Origin: Tricharina praecox
Lineage: Eukaryota
DNA length: 64,000 bases
Reading direction: 5' to 3'
Assembly (NCBI RefSeq): GCF_024521635.1
Contig: NW_026250410.1
Coordinates: forward strand, 496,001-560,000
Shown one piece after another: positions 34,834 to 47,889 of this stretch. The translations under genes and the position numbers were made by a program. The number at the start of each line of letters is the position of its first letter. Position 1 is the stretch's first letter. The notes beneath the pieces were generated by a model that saw only the letters and a program-made list of their open reading frames with translations, had not been told where the DNA came from and did no database searches.

Positions 34834-37800
34834 CCCGTTTGACTCGCCGATCAACCGCCAGATCGATCGCGGCGGATGACAGCTTCAAGTGTGGCTGACA
34901 ACTGTTTATGTTTGTGCGTGTGATTTGATTTGCTTTAGAAACCGCAAACTGTTACCAGTAACTCATGACATTGCATTCGACACTTGGCAGGAGTAGAGTA
35001 TGTGTACCAATTTTCGAAATTTGTGCTTCGCCAAGCATCGCCGGCGGTGCGCCATTCCCAGCCCGCAGATCCTCCCCGCACCACTGCCCATTTAGGCTGG
35101 GATATGTACTCTACCGATACATAGCGCAGTTATGTAGCGCTTCCAGAATAATCCCGCCGCCGCCCTCATCCTCGACTTGACTCGACTTGACTCGACTCCT
35201 CGAGCCTCGCGCCTCGGACCTTATTTCAACTGGACCGTCGCCACCGCTTCCAAGTTCCACCTTATCCGATTCCGCACTCGCACCGATGACCTATTTATTG
35301 ACCCCATCTACCCACGCAGCACGCAGCACGCTACATACGCTGCCTATTCTCACCAGCGCCTTCAAAGTTCAAAGTTCATTCATCCCTTAACGAGACGTTC
35401 CTCCATCGATCTGTCTATTCCGAAATCCGCGCGGCGACGGGCGTCGTCCTCCACAGCATAGGTACTATCTACATCGATTGGACAGCCAACGGACAACGGT
35501 GGAGGAATGTTGCCCTCGGATTCCGGATTCCAAATTCCACACTCGCCGACGACGACGACGACGGATAAGCGGTGCTCGCGGATTCCTAGGTACCACTCAA
35601 GTACCTAGAGTATACATCCAAGTCCCCAACGGTCATCGAGCCGGCATATGTGGAGCAATATGTACTCTAAGGTCGACGGGTACGGCCACGAGAAATTGCC
35701 TTTGAACGCAACGGACAGAAATAAAGAAAGGTTCCGCCATGCCATGCCATGGCCCATATATAGGTCCTTGCGGAATGCGCAGTCCAGTCCGTCCAGTCCA
35801 GTCGACGAAGCCGAAGCGACAATCCGGGTCGCTGATTGTCGTGGGGTTTTTCCATGTGCAAGTCCGTCCGGCGTGTGTCCGCCCGTCCGTTTGTCGACAG
35901 TTAAGGCGGATGATAATATGGTACGAGTGTGAGACTGTATGTAAGTAAGAGTAGAGTAGAGTAGAGTATGTAGCGAGAGCAAGGGACCCGACGGGCCACA
36001 CACAGCATGTCACAGCAGCAGCAGCAAGCAGCAAGCAGCAGCAGTAAGCAGGCCTTACATACAGACAGATGGTGGTGCCCGCCCGCCAGGCAGGCAGAGG
36101 CAGGCAGGCGTCAGCGCGAGCGTGAGGTTCAGCTCCACTTCCGAATTCCCACATCGCAAACCGCAACACACAATTGGCCAACCTTCATTGTGCGGTCGGG
36201 ACCAGTTCCTGGCGCCAACGGAAAGCAGGTAGAGCAGCGTAGAGTAGGTGCCGGGATTGGATAGCGATAGTGTTTTCTCTGGGCTTGTCGTGGGGGGTGT
36301 GTGTTAGTGTTAGTGTGAGTGGTTAGTGTGTGGGTGTGTGTGGGTGAGAGTGTGGGTGCTGGGTTACGTTGCTGGGTTGGGCGCGGAAGCAAATGTGAGC
36401 AAAATGAACTGTTTCGGGGCAAGTTCGGAGGTTTAGGGTAGGGGGTGGCAGCGGAAGTTGAGTGTTGAGGGGGGCGGACGAGGGGGGTTTGGCGCCAAAC
36501 CCAAGTCAGCGAGTAAGACTCATCGAACGCCCACAGAAAAGGCAGCTATCGGATGCGCGAAGTGTAGCTTGTAAGGAGAGCCTTGGTGAAGCACTGAAGA
36601 TGGCTGGCTCTCGGCAAAACTCACTTGCAACTTGCAAAGTTGCCAGGAATTCGTGCGCAGACTGGCTCTGGCGTTCGTTGGGCACGACCGAAGGAGACCC
36701 AAATCCCCCCCAGCGAGCTCAAGTACCCGATAAGCAGCAAATCGAAGGCCATAGTTACCGATGCGATCGGTTGTGCTGCAAAGGCGACCGCTGTGGTATG
36801 TAGAGTAGAGTACAAACTGGTGGCTGACTGACTGACAGGTCCGAAGGCTGTTGGTGAATGGTCGGTCCCAACATCATCATCATTAGCATCATCATCGTCG
36901 GTGTCATCATCATCATCAACGAACCTACCGTATCATCGGTTAGATAAGTACTTCTCTCGAGCATGCGAAAGGAGGGATGTTGGGAGTCCGAGTGGCATGG
37001 ATGGGCGAGGATGGCGTGGATGGCATGGTGTTGAATTCGAGGAAGCGGAATTACAGGACCGCCTTTCTGTCGCGCCGGCATGAGAGTCCAATCACGATCC
37101 CCTTCCTACCTTCCATTTCCCCCCTCCCCCCACTCATCCCGGACCAAGTTGAGAAGCCTCCCAATACCACGGACGATCTAAAAAAAGCAGCCTCGCGCCT
37201 TCAAAAGGTCCATACCTATTACCTACTAACTGCATACATAGCAAGGGGGAGGATGAAATGAACGACCAAACCTTCGAGAGTTTTCTACCGTACCCTCTTA
37301 TCAGACTTCGCAGTTCTGCGCCCAGACCCAGACCCAAACCCAGACCCAGCAAGCTGCCATACATCCTTCCTACCTATCCCCCCGCCACGAAAACGTACGA
37401 GCAAAGCAAAAAGAACAGCTTGCATACATACCCGCATAGAATTCGATCCGCGCATGCACGCTTTACCTTCTCCTCCATGCTTGCTTTCCATGCTTGCGTT
37501 GCTTGCTTGCTCAACAATGCCAGCCAACTTCCGAATCACTTCCGAGTCACACCCGAGTCATGTGAGCTCCAGCCTAGGCCCCCCGGACCACGATTCCGAC
37601 CCCGACCGCCGAGATCGCGATCGGTTTCGTATACATGAGCAAAAAAAACCAAAAGTACTTTACCACACGTATATACCATACGTACTCAGGCACCGTGCTC
37701 GACCTTTACTCTGATCACTCCTACGTTCCCCCTCAACGACAATAACTAGCGTTCACATCCAGATCTACCTACTCTACTCTACAGCAAAGCCCCCTCGGGA

Positions 37801-40383
37801 GTAGGGAGTCGGGGGTCGGGGGCATGCCATCGATGAGCGCAGGCTGCGTAGGCTGTGCAGCAAGCTCCATGCACTTGAGTTGAACCCGCAGTACAGTACA
37901 CAACCCGCAGTACACAACCCGCCGTGCACCACACGCCGCGCTCCGGGATGAAGCTGGCTGGCAGAGTGGATGTGAGACCGGGAAAGGAATGCAAATACAT
38001 ACAAACCTGGGGAATAGATACCCCTCCGCACCGACTGCACCGATATTCTCAACTCTACTCGAATCGAATCGACCACGAACTCGAACTCGAACTCGAATAC
38101 GAATACATACAAATCACGAGTCACCAGTCGATCAGTGCGCACTGTGTAAAATGTGCAGCCTATTAATACTCACCTCGCTCCCTAACTTCCCTTGTTGCAA
38201 CTTAGGCGGCAAGAGAGATACACTGTCTGCACCTGGCTGGCTGGTTGGCTGGCTTGACCTCTTCACGACACTGGGTACATACATCATACATCATACATGT
38301 ACTCTATTCCCATACTACCTCGGAGGAGTAAAGTACCTATATCGATACTACGTACGCACCACAGGCGGGGTATACGTTTCGAGAAGAGGGAGTGGGTGAA
38401 GCAAACACAACACTGTATGGCCTGGCATTTAGTTTTCCACCGAGCCCAAGCTGGTGCACCCACTGAAGAAAAGAGAAAAAAAACCGGACCGGACCGAATC
38501 ACACCCCATGAACCGAACCGCCTCGATACCACACTACCAGTATAGTACGCAAGTGACAGCTCATGACTCGCCACGACCATCTTGACCCACCTACCAACCA
38601 ACTGTCACCCCCACGGACTCGAACAAGAATGAGATGAGCTCCATCTGATCGATAATAATCTCTGGATAGCGACGCGGTAGCCATGGAATCGAGATCTGCT
38701 GCTGTTGCTGTGCGGGGGTTGCCAGCTGCGGGGACGAAGTGACGATGTGTCCTTATCGATTCGTTGTAGGCTCCTCTGGCAGAATATATTGGTAGTGGGG
38801 AAGGAGGGAGGGAAAGGAGGGAGGGAGGGAGGGAGGATCTATTATGATCTCCGGTCTGTCTGTCCAATGCCTGTCTGCCTACTTTCTTCTTTCTTTCTTT
38901 CCGAGCGCCACATACATAATATCCGTCCATACTTCCTATTTTATTTGAAAGAAAAAGAAAAATAATTTCTGCCATTAGATAAGAAATATTTCTGCCTTTT
39001 CCGCCTCATCTCCCCGGCGCCCCACTTATTTTCTTCTGCCCTACCGTATCCTACATATCCTCGCGCTCGGTTCTCACTCGTAGATCTTCGAACGAACGGA
39101 CCAGGAAAATCGAGAAATAAAAAACCCCCCTCCCGTTTGTTTGTTTTTAGCCCGTGCAATCCGGGATTCCCGGGGAAAGAGGATCGGTGATCCAAATAGC
39201 GCGGCGCTACTTTAGTCTTTAGCAGGATCGCCCACCCGCCGACCGGCGCGGGGACTCTCAAGCGCCGCTTATGTGGGAAGGGCGAGGGCGGTATCTCCGC
39301 GGCGGTGCGCATGGGGCATGCGCATCCGCGCGTGCGTGGTCGATTCAAATCATATATATGCGCAGCGCAGCGCTTGCGGTCTCCGGTGCGGGTCTGGTGC
39401 CCGCACCGGACGGATAGATACGGTACCTCCACGGCGTCTGTCTGGTAGCAACTGCGATTGCCACCAGCACAGCTACAACCAGACTACCTAATTGAGACAG
39501 TGAGCCGTGTGGTTGAGTAGACGCACTGCCGCCTTTCAATCGGGCATACATACTTTGCAGTGCAACAAATGCACACACGCCTCGGACATGTAGGGGATAG
39601 CATCGGTCCTGTCCCGTCACAAACCGACCCGCACGAAGATCTTGCGAAACCTTTCGTTGGTACAGCTATACCTACTGGTACCTTCGACGATCAGTCCGCC
39701 AGTCAGTCCGTCCGTCAGTCTCAGTCAGTTCACCGAAAGATTGGAGCTGCTGCTGCCGGGCGGACGTGCTGCCGGGCGGCTCCGGCCTCTGGGTGGGAGG
39801 GAGGTGGCGTGTACTCTACTCTACTCTACTCTACGGCGGCTTCCGAAGTTCCGAGTGTACTCTGCTCCACTCTAATAGGCAGACCGCCGCCGCTGCCGTT
39901 GCTACTTCTGCTGCTGGTCCAGGCGGATCGTGCGGGCGGCGGGACATGGGGACTGCGGCTGCATCGGGGGGAAGGGGGTGTGATATTTGGTGAGCGGCGG
40001 TCGAGGAGAGGGTGTGGGTAAGTGGGTATTTTTCGGCTCTAGGGGATGGAATAAGAACTGGAATGGGAATGGGAATGGGAATGGGAGCGGGGACGGGGAC
40101 GGGAATGGGAACGGGAGATGTTGTCAGTTTCCTTTGGCTTTCGGGACTACCTCCTCCTCCTCCTCCTCCAGTCACCAGCGAGTTCTTCAGTTTGATTCGG
40201 CTGATGTCCGGTGGATATCCGCGTAGCAAGTTTGGAGAACACGGGGCGTCAAAGCCTTGAGCGATACTCCCGAGTCCCGACCGATTCAGCCCTGGTGCGC
40301 ACTGCGTTCACTCGGAATGAGGCCTGGCGGTTAGTTGCACATCGTCCGCTGAGTCGAATAGGTACTGCAACTGCGTATTTACG

Positions 40384-40439
40384 GCTTGGAACTCGGAGCT
40401 TGGAACTCGGAGCTTGGAACTCGGAGCTTGGAACTCGGA
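40384..40439. repeat. 14-bp minisatellite x4
   Basis: GCTTGGAACTCGGA repeated perfectly four times. Confidence 0.92.
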
Positions 40440-41197
40440 ATCGATCCAATCGCCCTGAGCCCTCTACACGGGAAACTCCTCTCCTTTACGACAGCCCTGA
40501 CGACGACAACAATAATAACCCGTGCAAGACTCACCAGAGCTCATCGATAGAACATCTTATGAAGCTGTATAGAAACTTCAAACGCCATAGCGCAGCACGG
40601 CTCAATCCAGTCCAACCCAATCACCGCACGACACAGCCAACACTGCATAGCCAACACCGCACAGCCAACACCGCATAGCCAACACAGGCCGACCAGCCCC
40701 AGTATGTATCAACACCACCCACATTACCGGTATATACCGGGCGCTCATCTCCGGCCGTCCCATCTTCCATCTTCCCGTGCACCTCGCCTTATATAGTAGC
40801 GCTCCGAAACGACCCAGCCCGCTGTGGCACAGTTGCCGACCCTCCAGCAACAGTAACAACAACTTGCCAGGCTCAAGCTATTATGCATTCCTCCGACTCT
40901 CCGAGTTCCGTGATGGTGAGCGAGTGATAACAGGAAAAGAGGTGGGAAGATTGCGGCTGCTTTCCTCTCCTGTGTGTTGCTTTAGCATAGCACTAGGAAT
41001 ATATTATATACGGGAGGGGATGTTTGCCCAAGACTCGGAGCAATAGTCGATAATCGGAACATCGATACGCCGGATATACAGGATCCTCTTTCTCGGCACA
41101 TGGGTCCGTATTTCGACACCGGTCATGTTCCCCCAAGTGGTAATTATATGTTCTCGCAGTTCTTGTCTTGATTTGATTGGCAGGGAGGAGGCAAGAA

Positions 41198-41334
41198 TGG
41201 TATCCACTATCTCTCTTCTCTACTCTGGCAGAGTACTTATGTAGAGCAACAGTCAATTACTCGCATCGTGGTATCCTCTATCTCTATTCTGACAGTATGT
41301 AGAGCAACATCCAATTACTCACATCGTGGTATCC
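41198..41334. repeat. Imperfect tandem duplication (period ~58-71 bp)
   Basis: TGGTATCC at 41198, 41269, 41327; TATGTAGAGCAACA..CAATTACTC.CATCGTGGTATCC twice. Confidence 0.8.
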
Positions 41335-41624
41335 AATCCCCATCCTTCATCCCACCTCCATATTTACGTTAAACGGACGTGTTGATCTATTGTACGGTAC
41401 ACATCTACACCACCCTTGAGCACCGCGGCTCAAATCATCCATACACTCACAGAGTAGAACCCCCCAAAAAACCAAGCGTCAAGTCTCATCAATCATGTCG
41501 CACCCCGAAGCTCCCATCCATAAACAAAGAGAAGAAATGCAAGAAAGAAAAAACAAAAAGCCCAAACTCCACACCAGAGTGATCGCGTGAAAGAGAGATC
41601 AAGGGGAATTTGAAGGGAGAGAAA

Positions 41625-44600
41625 TCACATAATCTGAACAACGGAAGTACCGTCGACGAAACGGGTTTTGAAGATGCTGCGGAAGGATACATTAGCTAGT
41701 TATCCACAGACAGAACGGAAGAATGGGAGGAACATACCGATTCGCGTTTTGGAACATGCCGTCCTTCAGACTGACGACGATAAACTGACTCCCCTTGAAC
41801 CTTGTCTTGATGAGGCGGCCGATATTCTGCGTGTGTGAAAGATCCAGCGCAGCATCAACCTCGTCAAGGATGTACATGGGTGCGGGTTTGAACTGCAGCA
41901 GCGCCATAATGAGCGACAGCGCAATTAGCGAGCGCTGTCCACCACTGAGCTCTGTCAAGCTCTCTTTCCACATTTTACCCAGTTGCACTTTGATCTCCAG
42001 TCCTTTGGTGATATCTTTACCCTCAAGTACCACCAGCTTTGCGAAACTGCCAGGGAGCAACTCGGCGAAGATTTTGCCGAAGTCCTCGGAAACTATACTG
42101 TGGGTCTTTTGCAATGCCTGCATCTTGTAGCGGTCCAGTTGAAGGATAGTTTCTTCGATTTTACGCTTATCCTTAATAACCGTCCGAAGCATTCGTTTGA
42201 GTATATCTTCCTTCTTCTCGACACTGTCGATCATATCCATGACCTTTGGATTGATCTGCTTCTTCATCCCCTGGGAGCGCTCCGTCAAATTCTTGAGTGA
42301 CGCTCTGGACTCTGCGACATTGATGGATTTGAAATCGTAGGGTGTTCCCGGACGTCCGAATTGCTCGTGTTCGTCTTCGATCCATTGGTGCTCGCGTTCC
42401 AACCGTGTCACGGCCTCTTTCGTCGCCTGGGTCTCCTTATGGAACTTCTCCACCTCGTGACCGAGCTTTTGGCTTTCTAGGGCCTCCTCGGCGATACGGG
42501 ACTGTTTGCTGCGGGTAGCCTCTTCGAGAGCCTCCAATTCTTGGTCGAAGCTCGAGAGTTTAGCGCGTTCGTCTCCGAGCTGGGCTAAAGCGACATCGTG
42601 AGTATCTTTGACCTCTTCCTTGTCCTTTTGCAGCTGGGCGATTTCGGCCTCTTGGGTTTCGATGGCGCTGTTAACCTCCTCGAGCGATTCTTGGGCCGAG
42701 GTGAGGTCGCTGGCAACCTGGTCCAACTCAATCTGCGCTGACAAGAATTCTTCGCGTACAGATTTCATGATCTCTGACCGTTTTTCAACGTCCTTCTTGA
42801 GCTTATCAAGATTCTTTTGCAGTTCAGCCAACTTTCCACCCTTGTTGTTTTTGAACTCATTCATGTCCTTCTCGATCCTCTTGACCTCTTTCGCCGCTTC
42901 ATCCTGTCGTTTTTTGGCGTCCACAATATCCTTCTCCGCCTGCTCGATGTTGTCCCTCATCTCCTGGACTGCTTGGATGATGCTTGAACTGGAATTGGAA
43001 TTGATTTGCTCTTCGGTCAAACCAATTTCATGCCTCTTAAGTTCGAGGTCACGTTTCAGCCCGCGCGCCATATCGAGCCTCTTCTTCTCCTTCTGCATCA
43101 TTACCCTGATGTCCTCCAGCTGGCTCCGCTCCTCCGCGATCCTCCTCTCCAATGAATTGATCTTCTGCATCGTGACCAGAACCCCGCCAGACTTGGAGGC
43201 GGAACCACCCGAGAGGGTACCAGACGGGTCGTAGACGTCACCTTCGTAGGTGACAGACCTTGAGCGCACCTGTGGATGGAAGGTTACAGCCTTGGCGGTG
43301 TCTGCGTCTGTGCAGATAAAGGTGCTTCCGAAGACGTACTCCATTGCTTTGGCAATCTCGTCGTCGTAACCGACAAGGGAGAGGGCCAAATCGACCATAC
43401 CGGGAGCTATGCGTTGAGCAGTTGCGACAGCCTTACACGGATGTGAGACAATCGTGGTGCGGTAGTGGGGGGAATACAGAGTGAATGCTTACCTGGGCGG
43501 CTATACGGAAGGCATTGATTTGATTCAAAGGAATGATAGTGACCCGCTTAACAAGTTGTCCACGGGAAAGCAGTTGTGAAGCGGTTTCAGATGTATCAAC
43601 GACGACGTTGTACAGGCGTCCTCCAGCACAAATCTCCAGAGCGGTTCCGGCAACCTCGTTGTCTTCATCTAATGTGAACAATTGTGCAACGAGACCCTTG
43701 ACTTTGGACCTGTCGAAGTTCGGCGTAGGATCTGTGTAGGTGAAATCCATTCCCCTCACACGTTGGCGAAATTCATTTGCCTTCCTTGTCAGATCTCGAA
43801 TAGAGTCTTCCAGCTCAGCTTGCCGACGCCTCGTTTCCTCTTCCTTGCCCTCCTCATAACCCAACTTGGCCAGTTCGGCTTCTATCTTCTTTACAGCAGC
43901 GCGCTGTCCCTCCAACTCCTTGAATAATGTGGCGTTTTGTTGTTTTGCCTTCTCTGCCCGGGGCTCCTCTTTCTGGATCCGTTTCGTCAAGTGGTTTATT
44001 TTCAGCCTGGCTTGTTCTTGCTCAGTCTGCGCGGTGTTTAAGCGGGACTTTGCGTCTATCGTGGGAGTGTCAGCTGTAGCTCGACCGAATCAAGAAGTGT
44101 CATACCTTGCAGTTGGCTTTGGTAGCCACTTTCCTGTCCCTCCCTCGACGCAACACCCGTCAGAAGCTCCTGTAGTAGTTCATCGGTCTGTTCGGCCTGT
44201 TTACATTTCGCATCATATTCCACCTTCGCGGCACCGTGGGCCTCGTTCAGCTGTTCATAAACCTTCGTCCTAGCCTCCTGTGCCTTCTCTAGGTCCTTGA
44301 CGTTTTTCAAGATCTCCTTTCGTTTCTCCTTCTCTTCTTTGATACCATTAGACTTCAGATCCAACACAGTGTTCAGCCGCACGATCTCATGGGATTTCTC
44401 CTTGACTTCCTTCTCAAGAGCCAGGAACTTGCTTCCCTTCCGGAGCTCCTTGTCGCGTTGTGCCTTAACCCGTTTGGCGTCCTCGGCAAGGTTGTCCAGT
44501 TCGCCTTTCAGACGTACAGCAGAATCCCCCAGCCATGAGACCCGGTGCTTCTTTGCTTGAAGCTCTGCAGCAGATTGCTCTACTCTCTGCTTGTTCTTGA

Positions 44601-45497
44601 CATAGTCGTGCGCCACTACTAGCTTTGTAAGCCGTTCGAGGTCGCTCTGTGTCTGCTGAAAGTCGAGGAAAGCTCTCTTTTCTGATCGTAGCTTTTCAAG
44701 CTTCGGCTCGATTTCTTCTTTGAGCAACTCGTTGATCTCCCCAACTTTCTTATCTTTCCTTGCCATGGTCTTGAATGCCTTATCTCGACGGTCCTCGAAC
44801 ATCCTGGTACCGGCGGCTTCCTCGATCATGGCAAGAATTTCGGTCGCCTTCATGTTGAGAACCTTCATGACACGTCCCTGCATGATCAAAAAGTTGGGGT
44901 TGTTGATATTGAGGCCGACACTCTGGAAGAGTGTCTGAACGACATGTTGTTGCGTCCGACTACCGTTGATGAGATACTTGCTGACTCCGCCGAGCATGAT
45001 CTGACGTGTAACACTGATCGAATCCCATCCCTCGTACGCAACTGGCGATTTCTCTTTGTCCATGTTGTCGAAGACGATGGTGACGGATGCTGTGGTAACG
45101 CCTGCCTGACCACGTTTGTAGATCAAATCCTAAGGGAGGTAAGCATGGTGGTCGCCTGCAGAGCTCGGGGTCCGGAGAGGAAGGCACCTGCAAGTTCTGC
45201 GCGCGCACTGTCGTCATATTGGTGATCCCGAGAACGAAACATATTGCGTCGAGGATGTTCGATTTGCCGGAACCATTGAGACCGGTAATGGAGTTGAAGC
45301 TCTCGTCCCTGCACGGCCAGGCCACTTAGTACTTGCCGACTCTAATAGCAGGAGAACATAAAAAAACACGTACCATCCGGTAATGACTGTTCTGACAGCA
45401 TAAGACTTGAAGCCCTGCACCATGAAGCGGTTAACATGTGCCGTGAACACGTTGGGAGTGATGGACGTACATCAATGATGATTTCGGTGACTCTCAT
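41625..45497 (-). CDS. SMC2: Condensin subunit SMC2, multi-exon
   Basis: [52 protein letters not shown], hinge ([23 protein letters not shown]), [27 protein letters not shown]; last exon [16 protein letters not shown]. Confidence 0.96.
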
Positions 45498-45599
45498 AGC
45501 TGTAGCTGGGGCACTGCGCACCCACCGCAGAAGATTTGGGAGAGGAGAGGATGTATTGTTTCTTACTTGATGCGGTTGCCGTTGTTGCTGAATTGGTGC

Positions 45600-45780
45600 T
45601 GTGACGCGAAGCTCGTACACGGTGGGACTGTCTTGTTTGGTTGTTTTGGCTCGACCCGTGGGGCTTTCTGTCTCGCGACTGCACGTGATACGAGTGCATG
45701 TGGTGATTGAGGCTCAAAGTAAAATGAACTAGGCCCAGGTTGGACCCCGGGTAATCTAGCTTCAGAACAGCAGTCACGCC
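45600..45780. promoter_or_regulatory. Divergent SMC2/RPL32 promoter with candidate motifs
   Basis: ACGCGAA (MCB/SCB-like) 45604-45610, CACGTGA 45682-45688, CAGTCAC (Homol-D-like) 45771-45777. Short motifs that could occur by chance. Confidence 0.35.
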
Positions 45781-46023
45781 AACCACGCACAGGTCTGTTG
45801 CAGCCCCACAATTCAATCCCACCAAAACAATTTCCGCCTCTCAACCAGCGAATTCACGACTAACGCCAACCCGACCAGCAACCCCGACGTCGATACAGCA
45901 CCCAACGCAAGGTACGGAAACTCGTCTCCCCGATCACCTGCTACGTCGGACCTATCTCGAAAAAACAAATGGAGGTTCGAGTTATCGAGGAACCGAAGGG
46001 CTGACGGAAATTACGAAAACAGG

Positions 46024-46701
46024 ATGGTCGCCGCAAAGAAACACGTTCCCATCGTCAAGAAGAGGACCAAGAGGTTCAACCGGTACGACTCTATTTCCAA
46101 ATCAGCCTTTAGATCGTAGTCGGATTGCTGCCATATATCGACGGCCCGAAAGCGATCATGATGGATATACGACAGTGCTGATGCGAATTTACAGCCACCA
46201 GAGCGACCGCTACAAGTGCGTTGATGCGTCATGGAGGAAGCCTAAGGGTATCGACAACCGTGTGAGGAGACGGTTCAAGGGACAGGCTGCTATGCCCTCG
46301 GTACAGAACACCCCTCTTGAATGGCTTAGGTTGTGGTGGAGAGCGCAAAATGATCTATTTGATGCAACAAGAAACAGTTACTGACGGATATTGGATGGAT
46401 TTAGATCGGTTACGGTTCCAACAAGAAGACCCGCCACATGGCTCCTTCAGGACACAAGGCTTTCCTTGTCCAGAACGCCAGCGATGTTGAGCTCCTCCTT
46501 ATGCACAACCGCACCTTCGCTGCTGAGTTCGTTCCTCCATTCCTCATGACTCATGTTATCCACCATTGGACTGGCCACTGACTTTCCCTCAGGATCGGCC
46601 ATGCCGTCTCTTCCCGCAAGCGCATCGAGATCCTCGCCAAGGCTAAGTCTCTCGGTGTCAAGGTGACCAACGCCAAGGGCCGTGTCTCCACCGAAGCTTA
46701 A
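46024..46701 (+). CDS. RPL32: 60S ribosomal protein L32 (eL32), 4 coding exons, plus probable 5'UTR intron 45912-46022
   Basis: [97 protein letters not shown]. Confidence 0.97.
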
Positions 46702-47286
46702 ATGTAACAAAAAATTCAAACTTGGTGTTGCGCGTGCACTTGTGGTTTTCCGGGTTTTGCTTTTTTCCTATGGGATTCTTCTTCTCTTTCCAATCTCTGG
46801 GTCCATAATATCATGAGAATACAAAATGGTCTGGGGTTTGGGAAGGCGTCAAAAAGTTGTTGCTATACATTACGGCGTGATAATGAGCTGGTATCTATAC
46901 GGAGAAGAATCACGGAATAGACACGGGTCCAATGACCTTCGTTTAGTCGTGATATCGCAATAGGCATTGAATTTCTTCGTACCGGCTTCCGAAACATCCA
47001 TAAGCGATGGTAACCCACTGCCCACGAATTGTAGCAATCTCCAGCGTTGGTGGTAGAGCATGCACTTCGATGTATCATATGTACCAATTCTTTAACCGGA
47101 CGATGCATGAATCAACCCGGATTGATCTATGTATCCATCGGTCATGGACGATCACGGGCCGTATCCCCCCACCACCGGCCGGCCGGCACTCGGCATTGCA
47201 TCACCGTACCTAATACCATCTTCAAAATTCCCACCAACCAACCAACCTCCACCACCACCACAACCACAACCACAACTATCGCAGCG

Positions 47287-47733
47287 ATGACCCCCCTCCG
47301 CCGCCGCCTCCTCCTCCCCGTCATCCGGCAAACGCGCCCCATCGCCTTCACCCCGCGCGTTTGCAACTACACCACCGGCGCCCCGGCCACGCCGAAAAAG
47401 TACAACTTCACCTCGATCTCCTCGCTCGTGCAGTCTCCGTCGGCAAAGACGGTTCTGGTCGACGTCCGCGAGCCCTCGGAGTTCTCCGCCGGCGCGATCC
47501 CGGGCGCAATTAACCTTCCGATCGCGTCCGCGCCTGACGCGCTGAGTCTGCCGCCCGACGAGTTTGAGGATCGCTTTGGGTTCCAGAAACCCGAGAAGAG
47601 CTCGGAGCTTGTGTTTTACTGCAAGGCGGGAATCAGGAGTGCGGCCGCTGCGAGGTTAGCCCTGCAGGAGGGGTATGAACATGTTGGGGAGTACCCAGGG
47701 AGCTGGATGGATTGGGTTAAGGAGGGGAAATGA
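47287..47733 (+). CDS. Single-domain rhodanese (thiosulfate sulfurtransferase, Rdl1/Rdl2-like), likely mitochondrial
   Basis: LVDVREPSE, GAIPGAINLP, active-site loop VFYCKAGIRS, YPGSWMDW; Arg-rich presequence-like N-terminus. Confidence 0.9.
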   Translation: MTPLRRRLLLPVIRQTRPIAFTPRVCNYTTGAPATPKKYNFTSISSLVQSPSAKTVLVDVREPSEFSAGAIPGAINLPIASAPDALSLPPDEFEDRFGFQKPEKSSELVFYCKAGIRSAAAARLALQEGYEHVGEYPGSWMDWVKEGK

Positions 47734-47889
47734 TCATGGTCCTGAGGGAGAGCGAATGCAAGCTTGTGCTCCTGTAGAATATAATACCAATAACGCCGTA
47801 CTAAACAAATGCGCTTGAGTATCTACATCATATACACAGAAAAAAAGAAGATGAATGTCAGGTGTGCCATCATTCATCGTACCCAGTGA

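Noticed and set aside
32043..34888. Several ORFs of 100-371 aa upstream of SET3
   Set aside because: Arise from microsatellite and purine/pyrimidine-skewed DNA with few stops.
40384..40439. Regular short repeats as a CRISPR-like array
   Set aside because: Head-to-tail units with no spacers, in a eukaryotic context.
46083..46592. snoRNAs in RPL32 introns
   Set aside because: No clean RTGATGA C box paired with a D box; CTGA hits are explained by branch sites.
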